The notes under the pieces were generated by a model that was not told the DNA's origin, ran no database searches, and saw only the letters and a program-made list of their open reading frames with translations. Both the position numbers and the translations under genes were made by a program. This document shows, piece by piece, positions 1 through 9,836 of a stretch of 64,000 bases of DNA; position 1 is the stretch's first letter; each line of letters opens with the position of its first letter. This DNA comes from Polyangiales bacterium (GTDB lineage: Bacteria > Myxococcota_A > Polyangia > Polyangiales > Ga0077539). The stretch lies in the NCBI GenBank assembly GCA_044229975.1, contig JBGARZ010000008.1, positions 128,001 through 192,000 on the forward strand. Direction: 5' to 3'.

Positions 1-1800
1 CCGACGCCCGTGGACGCCACCGACGACGTCCGTCGATCCGCCGTCGCTGCTGCCACGGACGCGACCCTCGGCGCGCTGTCGCCCAACGACTTCAGCCTCT
101 TCCGCCGCTACCAGTTGGTCCCAGCGTTGGCGGGTGACGTGACCCGCGCGGGACTCGACGCGCTCGTCGCCGACCCGCGGGTGCGGCGCGTGGAGGCCGA
201 CCTCCCGACGCAGGCCCACCTTCGTGAGAGCACCGTCGTGATGGGCGCGGTGGCCGCCCGTGCCGCTTTCGGGGTGACGGGCCGCGGCGTGCGCGTAGCC
301 GTGCTCGACACCGGGGTCCTCACGACCCACGCCGACCTCTCGGACGACCTCGTCGCGCAGCACTGCTTCACCCACTCGGCGTGTCCGCCCGGGATGACCT
401 CGGAGGGCATCAGCGCGGAGGACGACAACAACCACGGGAGCAACGTCGCGGGCATCATCACGTCGCGCGGAACCGTCGTCGGAGCGGGCGTCGCGCCGGA
501 CGCGGAGATCGTCGCGGTGAAGGTCCTCGCCGCCAACAACACGGGCTTCATCTCGGACTGGGTCGCCGGGCTCGACTGGGTGCGCGCCAACCTCGGCACC
601 ACCGGGGTGCGCGTCGTCAACATGAGCCTCGGCACCGGAGCCCTCTACTCCGGCAACTGCGACGCCAACCAGACCACCATGGCCACCGCCATCGCCCTGC
701 TCGTCGCGCGCGATGTCGTGGTGTTCGCGTCCACGGGCAACCAGGGATCGTCCGACCGCATCGCGGCGCCCGCCTGCAACTCCGGGGTCATCGCCGTCGG
801 CGCGTTGTACGACGGCGCCCTCGGTCGCGAGCCCGACACGGGCACCTACCAGTCCCTCTTCGCGGGATCCTGGCCGGCGTGCTTCGACGCCACGACCGGC
901 ACCGACACGATCACCTGCTTCACCAACAGCAGCGCCTCGATGGACCTCGTCGCCCCCGGCGCGGTCATCGTGTCCGCCGGCCGCGCCCTCGGCGGCATCA
1001 GCACCTTCCGCGGCACCTCCCAGGCATCGCCCCACGCCGCCGGCACCGCGGCGCTCATGCTCGAATGCAGTCCCCTCCTCACGCCGGCTGGGGTGGAGAG
1101 CGTTCTGCGGTCGACGGGCGCGCCCGTGGTCGATGCTCGCAACGGCCTGAGCTTTCCCTCGCTGCGCGCACTCGAAGCGACCCGCATCGCCTGCCAGTGC
1201 CGGGGACGATCGGAGGGCGACACCTGCGACGACGGCAACCCGTGCACGACGGGCGAGGTCTGCCGCTCGGGCCTCTGTGGCAACGGCCGCCCCACGTCCT
1301 GCCCGGGCGTGGACGCGGGCGTGGACGCTGGGGTGGACGTCGTGGACGTCGTGGATGTCGTGGATGTCGTGGATGTCGTGGATGTCATCGACGTCGTGGA
1401 CGTCGTGGATGTCGTGGATGTCGTGGATGTCATCGACGTCGTGGACGTCGGCCAGGAGATCGGTGCCGACGTCGTCGACGCCAACGTGAATGATGCGGTC
1501 GATATTGGGGACACCGACGTCGGCTCGGTCGCGGTGATGGACGCCGGCACGGTCGACGTCGGACAGGCGCCGCTCGACGCGACGATCGCAGACGCAGCTC
1601 CGGTCGACAGCGCGATCGATGGAGGAGTCGCCACGGACGTGGTCGCCTCGGACGCGCCCGATGGAGGGTCGTTGCCAGCCACCCGCAGCGGCTGCGACTG
1701 CAACGTCGACGGGCAGGCAGCGAGTGGTTCGTGGGCACCGTGGGGGCTGCTCGCGGTGCTCCCGCTGACGCGGCGAAGGAGGCGCAGGGTCCGGGCCTGA
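1..1800 (+). CDS. S8 family (subtilisin-like) serine protease with Cys-rich repeat, Val/Asp-rich linker and MYXO-CTERM-like C-terminal anchor; probably 5'-truncated by the window edge
   Basis: Catalytic triad motifs VAVLDTG, HGSNVAG, GTSQASPH; C-terminus GCDC...hydrophobic stretch...RRRRRR; frame open from base 1. Confidence 0.9.
   Translation, partial: PTPVDATDDVRRSAVAAATDATLGALSPNDFSLFRRYQLVPALAGDVTRAGLDALVADPRVRRVEADLPTQAHLRESTVVMGAVAARAAFGVTGRGVRVAVLDTGVLTTHADLSDDLVAQHCFTHSACPPGMTSEGISAEDDNNHGSNVAGIITSRGTVVGAGVAPDAEIVAVKVLAANNTGFISDWVAGLDWVRANLGTTGVRVVNMSLGTGALYSGNCDANQTTMATAIALLVARDVVVFASTGNQGSSDRIAAPACNSGVIAVGALYDGALGREPDTGTYQSLFAGSWPACFDATTGTDTITCFTNSSASMDLVAPGAVIVSAGRALGGISTFRGTSQASPHAAGTAALMLECSPLLTPAGVESVLRSTGAPVVDARNGLSFPSLRALEATRIACQCRGRSEGDTCDDGNPCTTGEVCRSGLCGNGRPTSCPGVDAGVDAGVDVVDVVDVVDVVDVVDVIDVVDVVDVVDVVDVIDVVDVGQEIGADVVDANVNDAVDIGDTDVGSVAVMDAGTVDVGQAPLDATIADAAPVDSAIDGGVATDVVASDAPDGGSLPATRSGCDCNVDGQAASGSWAPWGLLAVLPLTRRRRRRVRA
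1309..1449 (+). repeat. Coding 9-bp tandem repeat (GTGGA[T/C]GTC) encoding (VDV)n
   Basis: Directly visible run of gtggatgtc/gtggacgtc/atcgacgtc units. Confidence 0.9.
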
Positions 1801-1821
1801 AGGCGAAGGAAAGCTCGCGGG

Positions 1822-3114
1822 TTGATCCATGCTACGGGAGTCCGTGTGAGAGCCCAGCGCGCGGCACGATGCTCCCTCGGCCTCGTCCTTCTCTCGTCGT
1901 GCGCCATGTCGGTGAGCGGGGCGGACCCTTCGCGCGCCGACGCTGCTGCCGACGTCGCACCCCAACCGGACGTCGCAGCCCAGCCCGATGGGCCGACGAC
2001 CTTGCCCACGGACGTCGGCCCCGTCGACCCTCGTTGCCCGCAGCGCCCTTGTCTTCCGGCGCCGATCATTCGCGCGTCGTCCCTCGGCACGTGGCTCATC
2101 CACCCCGACGGCCGAACCCTCTTCTGGGGCGCGCGCCGCACCCCCGGCCTTGCCATCGAAGAGCCCGCCCGACGCTTCATGGCGCCGACCCCTGGTCCCC
2201 GCTTGCCCGATGGGCTCATCGACGCCGCCGCGGGCACGTCGCACGTCTGCGGGCTCTTCGCGTACCCACGCCGCGTGATCTGCTGGGGCGACAACGCCGA
2301 TGGCCAGCTCGGTCGCGGCTCCTTCGGCGGCTCCGACGAGCCGACCATGGTGGCGAACCTCGCCAACATCGATGCGGTCGCGGCCACCGATGACCAATCC
2401 TGGGCGCTGACCGAGACCGGAACCTTCGCCTGGGGACGGTTCCAGCTGTACGGAGGGGTGCCTCAGCGCACGAGCGCCCCGATGCGGATGCACGCGGCGC
2501 CTGCCTACTCGTTCCGGTTCGCCACGGGCTGGGGGAAGGGCTGGGGCTTTCTCACGTCCGACGGAGAAGTCTTCGCCTTCGGCTTCGGAGCGGCCGCCGG
2601 GTCGAGGGTCGACGCGCCCGTCTATTCGCCGACCCGCATCGGGCCGATGCCCGCCGCCGTCGACTACGCAGCCACCTTCGAGTCCTCCTGCGCCGTCGCG
2701 GTCGACGGGGCGGTCTACTGCTGGGGAGCGAGGCGCTTCTTCCTGACGACGGCCAACGACGGCTTCTCGCGAACTACCACCCCCGAACGCGTAGCCGACA
2801 TCTCCGACGCCGTCCGCGTGCACCTCAACGGGGACATGGCCTGTGCGTTGACACGCGGTGGGCTCGTCCAATGCTGGGGCCGCGTCGATCGCAACACCGG
2901 CAGCGCCAACGCCGAGGCGCGGGTCTACGCCGCGGCCGGTCCGGTGATGAACCTCCCGCCAGTGCGCGAGCTCACGCTCGGGTTGTCGCACGCCTGCGCG
3001 ATCACCACGGACGATGTCGTCTACTGCTGGGGCGACAACGACCAGGGACAGCTCGGACCGCTGGCGTTCGCAGGCAACAGCTCGACCCCGGTGCTCGTCG
3101 GGCGTCTGCGGTAG
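1822..3114 (+). CDS. RCC1-repeat secreted protein/lipoprotein (start uncertain)
   Basis: Repeated H.C....G.V.CWG.N..GQLG motifs; N-terminal hydrophobic segment ending in SSC. Confidence 0.85.
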   Translation: MIHATGVRVRAQRAARCSLGLVLLSSCAMSVSGADPSRADAAADVAPQPDVAAQPDGPTTLPTDVGPVDPRCPQRPCLPAPIIRASSLGTWLIHPDGRTLFWGARRTPGLAIEEPARRFMAPTPGPRLPDGLIDAAAGTSHVCGLFAYPRRVICWGDNADGQLGRGSFGGSDEPTMVANLANIDAVAATDDQSWALTETGTFAWGRFQLYGGVPQRTSAPMRMHAAPAYSFRFATGWGKGWGFLTSDGEVFAFGFGAAAGSRVDAPVYSPTRIGPMPAAVDYAATFESSCAVAVDGAVYCWGARRFFLTTANDGFSRTTTPERVADISDAVRVHLNGDMACALTRGGLVQCWGRVDRNTGSANAEARVYAAAGPVMNLPPVRELTLGLSHACAITTDDVVYCWGDNDQGQLGPLAFAGNSSTPVLVGRLR

Positions 3115-3123
3115 CGCGGACGG

Positions 3124-3891
3124 CTACTTCTGCGCCGGCGAGTTGATCGCCCACACCACGCCGAAGGGGTCGGTCAACTGCCCGTACTTGTCGCCCCAGG
3201 GCGCGACCGCGAAGGGCAGCTTCTCCGTACAGCCCGCCTCGATCGCGCGCGACCACCACGCGTCGCCGTCGGCCACGACGAGCTGCATCGTGTACGAGCC
3301 CGACCGCTGCACCGGGGCGAAGCCCATCTCCGGGAAGTTGTCGGCGATCATGAAGGCGCCGCCGTTGATCACGAGGTGGCAGTGCATCAGCCGCTTGCCG
3401 TCGCGACCCGGCATGCACGCGACCTCCGTGGCGCCAAAAGCCTTCTGGTAGAAGGCCGACGCCTCGCTCGCGCCATCGAAGCTCAGGTACGGAACAACCC
3501 CCGCCGGCAAGTGCTGCGGCCGGTCCATCAGCTTGTGATCGGGCGGCGGGTACATCTCACCCACCTGGATGAGTTCGAGCGTCCCGTCGCCCATGAGTTC
3601 GAGCGTGCGCTTCGCGTCCTCGATCGCGGCTTCCTTGCTGTCGTGGGAGGTCAGCGAGTAGCCGCCGCCCGCCATCCAGCCGTCGCCGCTCGGCGGGTCT
3701 TCGACGGTGAACTCACCGTCCTTGCGGATGACGCGCGCGGCGGCGGTGGCGCGCTTGCCGAGTCCGCCCGTGGCCAGCGTCGTGCCGTTGGCGATCTTCT
3801 CGGCGATGGCGGCGCGCACCCTGGCCATGTGCTCGATGTCGGGTGGGCTCTTCATGGGCCCGGCGGCGACGGTGATTTGCAGGAAGCGCAT
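3124..3891 (-). CDS. YciI-like domain fused to VOC/glyoxalase (PhnB-like) domain
   Basis: N-half LATGGL...TVEDPP...GGYSL...SKEAAIE (YciI/DGPF-like); C-half VVPYLSFDGA..A..FY.KAFGA...PWGDKYGQLTDPFGVVW. Confidence 0.8.
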   Translation of the reverse strand: MRFLQITVAAGPMKSPPDIEHMARVRAAIAEKIANGTTLATGGLGKRATAAARVIRKDGEFTVEDPPSGDGWMAGGGYSLTSHDSKEAAIEDAKRTLELMGDGTLELIQVGEMYPPPDHKLMDRPQHLPAGVVPYLSFDGASEASAFYQKAFGATEVACMPGRDGKRLMHCHLVINGGAFMIADNFPEMGFAPVQRSGSYTMQLVVADGDAWWSRAIEAGCTEKLPFAVAPWGDKYGQLTDPFGVVWAINSPAQK

Positions 3892-4039
3892 GGGGTTGTC
3901 CTCCGCCCCGCCGGATGAACCCTCCGCGGGTGACGTGACAAGTTCCTGGCGACCCGGCGGGCGGGTGGGTATCGACGAGCGGGGCCGGGGCGCGGCGAGC
4001 GAGGACCAGCGCCAGGACGTCCGGGGAGGCCGTGGATCA

Positions 4040-4418
4040 CGGCCGTTGGTACTGGGGACACCACGTCGTCCTCCGCATCCAAAGGAGAACTGCTCGCTAG
4101 GTCCACGCCGGAATTCGCCGTGCCATCACCGCGTCCACGCCGGAGTTCACCGTGCCGCCGCCGCGCCCGTCGCGCTCGGTTTACTCCGGGCTATTTCACG
4201 CGGATCGCCCCGCTTGAAGCGGGGCTCTCTGAATCCGATCCTGGGCCACCAACCGTCGCATGAAGAGCCGCCTGAGCCCCGCTTCAAGCGGGGCGATCCG
4301 CGTGAAATAGCCCGGAGTGAACCGAGCGCGACGGGCGCGGCGGCGGCACGGTGAACTCCGTGCGTGGACGCGGCGGGTTCTCAACCTCGGACACTGCGAC
4401 TCCAACTTCGACAGTACG
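4040..4418. mobile_element. Palindromic MITE-like element, family A copy 1 (degenerate ends; arms 4129-4227 / 4274-4373; 46-bp loop)
   Basis: ~99-bp inverted arms differing by one mismatch and one indel; flanks homologous to the copies at 16604 and 38250; outer limits approximate. Confidence 0.8.
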
Positions 4419-4442
4419 AGCGCCTGTGCGGAGCGCGGTGCC

Positions 4443-4537
4443 TCACGCCACCCGATGCACCGCCGGTGCGAGACGGCACCCCGTCGTTGCGCATCCCGAT
4501 GAGCCAGTGAGTCGAGGAGTAGCGCGCCGCGGCCATA
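4443..4537 (-). pseudogene. Decayed duplicate of the 3' end of asnB
   Basis: 4443-4461 identical to 11253-11271, starting at the asnB stop codon; further blocks cggtgcga.acggcaccccgtcgt and cccgatgagcc match. Confidence 0.75.
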
Positions 4538-4555
4538 TGACCTATCAGCGGCGCC

Positions 4556-6082
4556 ATGGTCACTGCCCGCCGGGGTCTCGCGCCTTCGTTCGCGCTCCTT
4601 CTCTCATTGAGTCAGGCGTCCATCGTCGGTTGCGACCCGACCCACTCGGGACCGTTGAACCCTGACGACGCCGGGAGCCCGACCGATGTCGCCACGGTCG
4701 ACGGCGGCGGGCCGGACAGCGCACGCGACGACAGCGGCACGACGGACGTGGTCACGATCGCGGAGGCGAGCGTCGACAGCGGGTCGACCGACGCACCCGT
4801 CGCGATGACCGATGTCATTGCGATCGATGTCGGGCGCGACGCGGGCGGCGTCGATGCACCCGCCGCGAGCGACGTGGTCGACGCAGGGCGTACAAGCGAT
4901 GCGGCAGCGGCGGTCGATGTTCCGACGGCGACGGACGTGCCCGCGATGGATGTGCCGCCGACGATGGATGTGCCCGCGGTGGACGTTCCGAGGGTCGACG
5001 TGCCCGCGGTGGACGTCCCGGCGATGGATGTGCCTCCGGCGGTCGACGTGCCGACGGCGGACGCGTGCATCGCCCGTTGCACGGGTCGGGTCTGCGGCAG
5101 CGACGGGTGCGGCGGAACCTGCGGCCCAGGCTGTGCGACGGGGCAGCTCTGCGTGACGAGCGCGGGCACCTGCGCGGTCGATCGCACCGCGTGGACGCGC
5201 CGTACGTTGTCGTCATCCCCCAACGGTCGCCAGCACGGAACGATGGCCTTCGACAGTCGCCGCAACGTCATCGTGCTCTTCGGTGGCGACACCACGTCGG
5301 CCACCTACGGCGCCGACACCTGGGAGTACGACGGCATGACGTGGACGCGTCGCACGCTCTCCACCTCGCCCAACGGTCGGCAGCACGCGACCATGGCCTT
5401 CGACAGCCGTCGCAACGTGATGGTGCTCTTCGGCGGCGACACCACGTCCGCGACCTACGGCGCCGACACCTGGGAGTACGACGGACTCAACTGGTCGCGC
5501 CGCACCCTGCCGAGCAGCCCCAACGGCCGCCAGCACGGAACGATGGCCTTCGACAGCAACCGCAACGTGATGGTGCTCTTCGGCGGCGACACCACGTCGG
5601 CGACCTATGGCGCCGACACCTGGGAGTACGAGGGCACGACGTGGACGCGTCGCACGCTCCCCGCCTCGCCCAACGGTCGCCAGCACGGCACGATGGCCTT
5701 CGACAGTCGCCGCAACGTCATCGTGCTCTTCGGTGGCGACACCACGTCGGCCACCTACGGCTCGGATACGTGGGAGTACAACGGCACGACGTGGACGCGC
5801 CGCACGTTGTCCACGTCGGCCAACGGGCGGCAGCACGGGACGATGGCCTTCGATCCGGTGCGAGGTCGAACGGTGCTCTTCGGCGGCGACACCACGACGG
5901 CGACCTACGGCGCCGACACCTGGGAGTACGACGGAACCACATGGACACGTCGCTCGCCCAGCAGCTCGCCCAACGGTCGGCAACACGGGACGATGGCCTT
6001 CGACAGCCACCGCAATGTGATGGTGCTCTTCGGTGGCGACACCACGTCGGCTACCTACGGCGCCGACACCTGGGAGTATTGA
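4556..6082 (+). CDS. Secreted lipoprotein with DVP-rich linker, Cys-rich motif and six near-identical Kelch-like repeats
   Basis: IVGC lipobox-like; CG.DGCGG.CG motif; 6x ~50-aa WTRR....SPNGRQHGTMAFDSRRNV.VLFGGDTTSATYGADTWEY. Confidence 0.9.
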   Translation: MVTARRGLAPSFALLLSLSQASIVGCDPTHSGPLNPDDAGSPTDVATVDGGGPDSARDDSGTTDVVTIAEASVDSGSTDAPVAMTDVIAIDVGRDAGGVDAPAASDVVDAGRTSDAAAAVDVPTATDVPAMDVPPTMDVPAVDVPRVDVPAVDVPAMDVPPAVDVPTADACIARCTGRVCGSDGCGGTCGPGCATGQLCVTSAGTCAVDRTAWTRRTLSSSPNGRQHGTMAFDSRRNVIVLFGGDTTSATYGADTWEYDGMTWTRRTLSTSPNGRQHATMAFDSRRNVMVLFGGDTTSATYGADTWEYDGLNWSRRTLPSSPNGRQHGTMAFDSNRNVMVLFGGDTTSATYGADTWEYEGTTWTRRTLPASPNGRQHGTMAFDSRRNVIVLFGGDTTSATYGSDTWEYNGTTWTRRTLSTSANGRQHGTMAFDPVRGRTVLFGGDTTTATYGADTWEYDGTTWTRRSPSSSPNGRQHGTMAFDSHRNVMVLFGGDTTSATYGADTWEY

Positions 6083-6095
6083 GCGCCGACGGCTC

Positions 6096-6785
6096 TCACC
6101 ACTCGTAGTTCTGCCCGCGCCAGTTCAGGAACGAGCCGCTCTCCGCCATGGTCAGCGCGTCGATGCGAGCGACGAGCGCGCCCACCGACTGCTCGACCGA
6201 GAGCGACGCCGACGGCCCGCCCATGTCGGTCTTCACCCAGCCAGGGTTGAACACCACCGAGATCACGCCGCGGCCCCGCAGGTCCACCGCCATGCTCCGC
6301 GAGGCCATGTTGAGCGCGGCCTTCGACATCCGGTAGGCGTACTCGCCGCCCGACGTGTTGTCGGCGATCGAGCCCATGCCCGACGAGATGTGCGCCACCT
6401 TCCGCACGCCCGACCGCAGCAGGTTGGGCAGCAGCGCCCGCGTCACCCGGATCGGGCCCAGCGCGTTGACGGAGTACACCTGCAGCGCATCGTCCATGAC
6501 CATCGCGTCCAGCGACGAGTGGTCGTTTCGCGCGCCTGCGTTGTTGACCAGCACGTCCACGGCACCGTCGCCCACCGACCGCGCGAAGCCGCGCACGCTC
6601 TCGTCGTCGCCCACGTCGCACGCCAGCACCCGCAGCCGATCGGGGTGCTCCGCCGCCAGCGCCTTCAGCGCGTCGGCCTGCGCCGGATCTCTCGCGCCCG
6701 CCACGACGGCGTCACCCCGCCCGAGATACTGCCGAACGAACTCCAGCCCGATGCCGCGATTGGCCCCCGTCACGACGATGTTCAT
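6096..6785 (-). CDS. SDR family oxidoreductase (CsgA/C-factor-like subfamily)
   Basis: TGANRGIG, LVNNAG, YRMSKAALN, NPGWVKTDMGG; start placed at MNIVV. Confidence 0.92.
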   Translation of the reverse strand: MNIVVTGANRGIGLEFVRQYLGRGDAVVAGARDPAQADALKALAAEHPDRLRVLACDVGDDESVRGFARSVGDGAVDVLVNNAGARNDHSSLDAMVMDDALQVYSVNALGPIRVTRALLPNLLRSGVRKVAHISSGMGSIADNTSGGEYAYRMSKAALNMASRSMAVDLRGRGVISVVFNPGWVKTDMGGPSASLSVEQSVGALVARIDALTMAESGSFLNWRGQNYEW

Positions 6786-6838
6786 GGCCGCGCAGACTGC
6801 CACCGCCAGCGCGCAGGGTCGATCGCCCGCTCCGCTCG

Positions 6839-8692
6839 TCAGAAGTTCACGTCGCCCCACGCCTCGCCCGATCGCATCCACGGGACCTCCGCGTCTCCGC
6901 CGCCGAGCGAACCTGGAGCAGAGCGACCGCGATACACCACGATGCGGTCCGGGGACGGGGGCTGTCGTGAGCCGGCGATCACCACGACCAGGTCCGAGCG
7001 TCCGTCGCCGTCGACGTCCCCGTTGGCGTCGAAGGAGCGGTGCCCCCGCGTGATGACGACCGGAGCGGAGACGCCGCCCGTTCGAGGGTCGCCCCGGAGC
7101 AGCGAGAGGAGGTCCTCGTGCGCGGAGGAGAACCCGACGTAGCGGCTCTCGCTGAGCAGGAGGTCACCGACCCCGTCGCCGTCGAGGTCCGGCACGCAGC
7201 GCACGCTCATCGGTCGCAGCGTGACGTCGGGCGGCGCGTCGACGGTGACCGTCGAGACGGCCCACTGCAGGTCCGCGGTCAGGCGCAGGATGGCGACGCT
7301 CGTGGGGACGCGCCCGCGCTCGCCCGCGACGACGATCGGCGCCTCGGTGTCCGCCAGGACGACCTCGGAGCGCCCGTCCCCGTCGAGGTCGCAGCGCCCG
7401 CTGGCCATCGAGAACACGTCAAAGTTCGGAGGCTGCGGAGGCCGCGGCGCGACCACGCTCCGTGTCGCGAGCCCCGCGGTCGGACCGAGCGACACGGCGA
7501 GCCGATCGCCGCCGTTGACGTACCAGTTCGCGAACAGGAGGTCGGACGTGCCGTCGCCGTCGAAGTCGGCGGCCCGCTGCTCCCACGGAAACGCTGACGC
7601 TCGCACGCTCGCGCCGTTCCAGAGGCCGCGGGGAACGATCCGGGCGGGAGGGACGCCGTCGAAATCCCGTGGCCCACCGTGAAACACGCCGGCCTCTGGA
7701 AGGAACTCGTCGACGGTGTCTCCGACGACCACCGGGAGGGCGACGGAGACGCCCACGTCCGCGTAGCCGTCGCCGTTCTCGTCGCCGACCGCGCTGTAGC
7801 TGGTGGTGATAACCGCCCCGATGTCGGGGTCGAGGACGGCGCTCGTCGGCGTGGTGGCGAGACCAGTCGCCGACCCGCGGTACACGTACAGCCCCGTGAC
7901 CGGGTCGGACCCCGGAGCTTCCGGTGCGGCCGTGAACGCCCTCACGAGCAGCTCCGAGTACCCGTCGCCGTTCAGGTCCGCGGAGGTCGTTCCGAACGAC
8001 TGACGCAACCTCGGGTCGGGCAGCTCGATGGCGACGCCGCCCGCGGGACGCAACCCCTCCGCCCCACCGTAGAAGACGACCACCTGCGTCTGATGGGTGA
8101 CGGCGAGGTCCGCGAAGCCGTCCCCGTTGAAGTCGTTGAAGCGGCCGAACGCGGTGTCCGCAGGCGCGTCGTGCGCGAGCGTCCGAAATTCCCATGTGAA
8201 CGAGCTGCGCGCGCGGCCCTCCGCGTCGAGTGTGCTCGCCCGCCAGAAATGGACGCCCGCCGGGAGGGCGTTGTCGGGGCGATACGAGGTGCCCGTGACG
8301 GTCGCGTGCGACTCCGCGACGGCGCACGCGCGGTCCCGACAGACGTCGACCGTGACAGCCGACGACGCGGGGGACGCCCAGCGCAGGGTCGGACGCTGCG
8401 AGGAGACGATGCTGGTCGACAGCGGCGACAGCAGCCGCGGGGCGAGCGCATCGCCGGTGACGGGGTCGCCGCGGAGGACGGGCACCCACTCGGCCGACGT
8501 CCATGCGTGCGCGTCGGCGTCGCGCGCATCGACGCTGTCGCGGGCGGACGAGTCGCGGAGGACGCCGGCGTCCGTGCCGGAGGACGCACTGTTCGTCGCG
8601 GTGTTCGCACAGGCCGCGAGCATCATCGAGCACGACAGCGCCACATGGCCTCCCGCGCTCCTGCGTCCTCTCGGCAGCCCGCTGTCGCGCAT
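6839..8692 (-). CDS. FG-GAP/VCBS repeat lipoprotein
   Basis: Multiple D.NGDG..DL motifs; LAAC lipobox. Confidence 0.85.
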   Translation of the reverse strand: MRDSGLPRGRRSAGGHVALSCSMMLAACANTATNSASSGTDAGVLRDSSARDSVDARDADAHAWTSAEWVPVLRGDPVTGDALAPRLLSPLSTSIVSSQRPTLRWASPASSAVTVDVCRDRACAVAESHATVTGTSYRPDNALPAGVHFWRASTLDAEGRARSSFTWEFRTLAHDAPADTAFGRFNDFNGDGFADLAVTHQTQVVVFYGGAEGLRPAGGVAIELPDPRLRQSFGTTSADLNGDGYSELLVRAFTAAPEAPGSDPVTGLYVYRGSATGLATTPTSAVLDPDIGAVITTSYSAVGDENGDGYADVGVSVALPVVVGDTVDEFLPEAGVFHGGPRDFDGVPPARIVPRGLWNGASVRASAFPWEQRAADFDGDGTSDLLFANWYVNGGDRLAVSLGPTAGLATRSVVAPRPPQPPNFDVFSMASGRCDLDGDGRSEVVLADTEAPIVVAGERGRVPTSVAILRLTADLQWAVSTVTVDAPPDVTLRPMSVRCVPDLDGDGVGDLLLSESRYVGFSSAHEDLLSLLRGDPRTGGVSAPVVITRGHRSFDANGDVDGDGRSDLVVVIAGSRQPPSPDRIVVYRGRSAPGSLGGGDAEVPWMRSGEAWGDVNF

Positions 8693-8728
8693 GGAGAGAC
8701 GGTACCTCTGCTGGGGCAGTCGGCGCAG

Positions 8729-8944
8729 CTACCGCGCGGCGTCCGTCAGGACCGCGGCGTCGCGCGGCTGGCAGGTGCTGATCTCGTCGCCGAGCTCGCA
8801 CACCAGCCCCGACGCGCAATCGTCGTTGACCGCGCACACCGCGCCGACGCCGCGGTTTCGGAGGGAGCCATCGTCACCGCAGGCCGCGAGCCAGGAGGCC
8901 AGCGCGAGCGCGAAGGCGCGAACGAAGGGTCTGGAAGGAATCAT
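8729..8944 (-). CDS. Small Cys-rich lipoprotein (71 aa)
   Basis: Signal peptide ...WLAAC; GAVC....DCASGLVC motif. Confidence 0.65.
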   Translation of the reverse strand: MIPSRPFVRAFALALASWLAACGDDGSLRNRGVGAVCAVNDDCASGLVCELGDEISTCQPRDAAVLTDAAR

Positions 8945-9172
8945 GGGCGTCGTCTCCGGGTGGGGGCCCCGCCGGACGGCGTCCGACCCTTGCTGCGTGG
9001 TGCGCGACCCCCGGAGGCGCCAACGGGAAAACACCGCCGGGCCGGTCGCGCCCGTGACGAGCCCGCTGGCGAGTGAGCGTGTGCCGCTCGGCCGCCCTGA
9101 GCCTCAGCCTCTAATCCCCCTCCGTCCCTTGCGCTCCTCGCGCCCTTGCGGCTTCGCGCTCGGACTACCGGA

Positions 9173-9751
9173 TCAACGCCGCAGCCAGGTCAGAGGGTAG
9201 GCCGCTGCCATCGCGCACGCGGCGAGCTCCGGCGCGACCGCGATCGGTCCGTAGTAGATGGCGAACACCACGTTGGTCGCGACCGTGAACTGGATCAACT
9301 GACGCCCGTTGAGCGTGATGAGGCCGTAGAGCATCAGCCTCGCATCCGGGAACTGGCGCGCCCACGCGATGACGAGCGCGTCTGCCACGGCCCACCCGCC
9401 GAGGTGCACCACGTCGCCTTGCCCCATGAGCAGGGCGAGCACGCTCGTCGCTCCGGTGGCCGCGAGCAGGACGTGGATCATGAACCGTCGCAAACGACGA
9501 TCGCCCCAGCGGATCGCGAGCTCGCTGCCGAACTTATAGATGGAGAGCACGGTGACGATGAGCCCCATCGGTCCGGGCTCGACGAAGGGCCACGTCACGA
9601 GCCGCCAGATCTCACCGTGCAGGACCAGCGATGGGATCAGCGCGGCCGCGTGGGCAATGTGACCGCCTTCGAGCGCAGCAACGATCGACACGACCAGCGT
9701 GACGACCATCCACCGCGTCACCAGCCTGCTTGATCCTAGCCGCGGCCACAT
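9173..9751 (-). CDS. Rhomboid-like membrane protein (probably catalytically inactive)
   Basis: GEIWRLVTWPF, FGSEL...WG; several TM segments; no GxSG motif. Confidence 0.75.
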   Translation of the reverse strand: MWPRLGSSRLVTRWMVVTLVVSIVAALEGGHIAHAAALIPSLVLHGEIWRLVTWPFVEPGPMGLIVTVLSIYKFGSELAIRWGDRRLRRFMIHVLLAATGATSVLALLMGQGDVVHLGGWAVADALVIAWARQFPDARLMLYGLITLNGRQLIQFTVATNVVFAIYYGPIAVAPELAACAMAAAYPLTWLRR

Positions 9752-9836
9752 GCGCGGAGACGCTACACCACGCGTGCACGGTCACCACAGCGCGTTGTCC
9801 GGCATGTAGCGGTCGCCATGGCGGCGACGACGGCCG

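Noticed and set aside
5190..6082. CRISPR or non-coding repeat
   Set aside because: 150-bp in-frame coding repeats with synonymous variation
6096..6785. Naming the SDR csgA
   Set aside because: Motifs show the subfamily only; orthology cannot be established by eye
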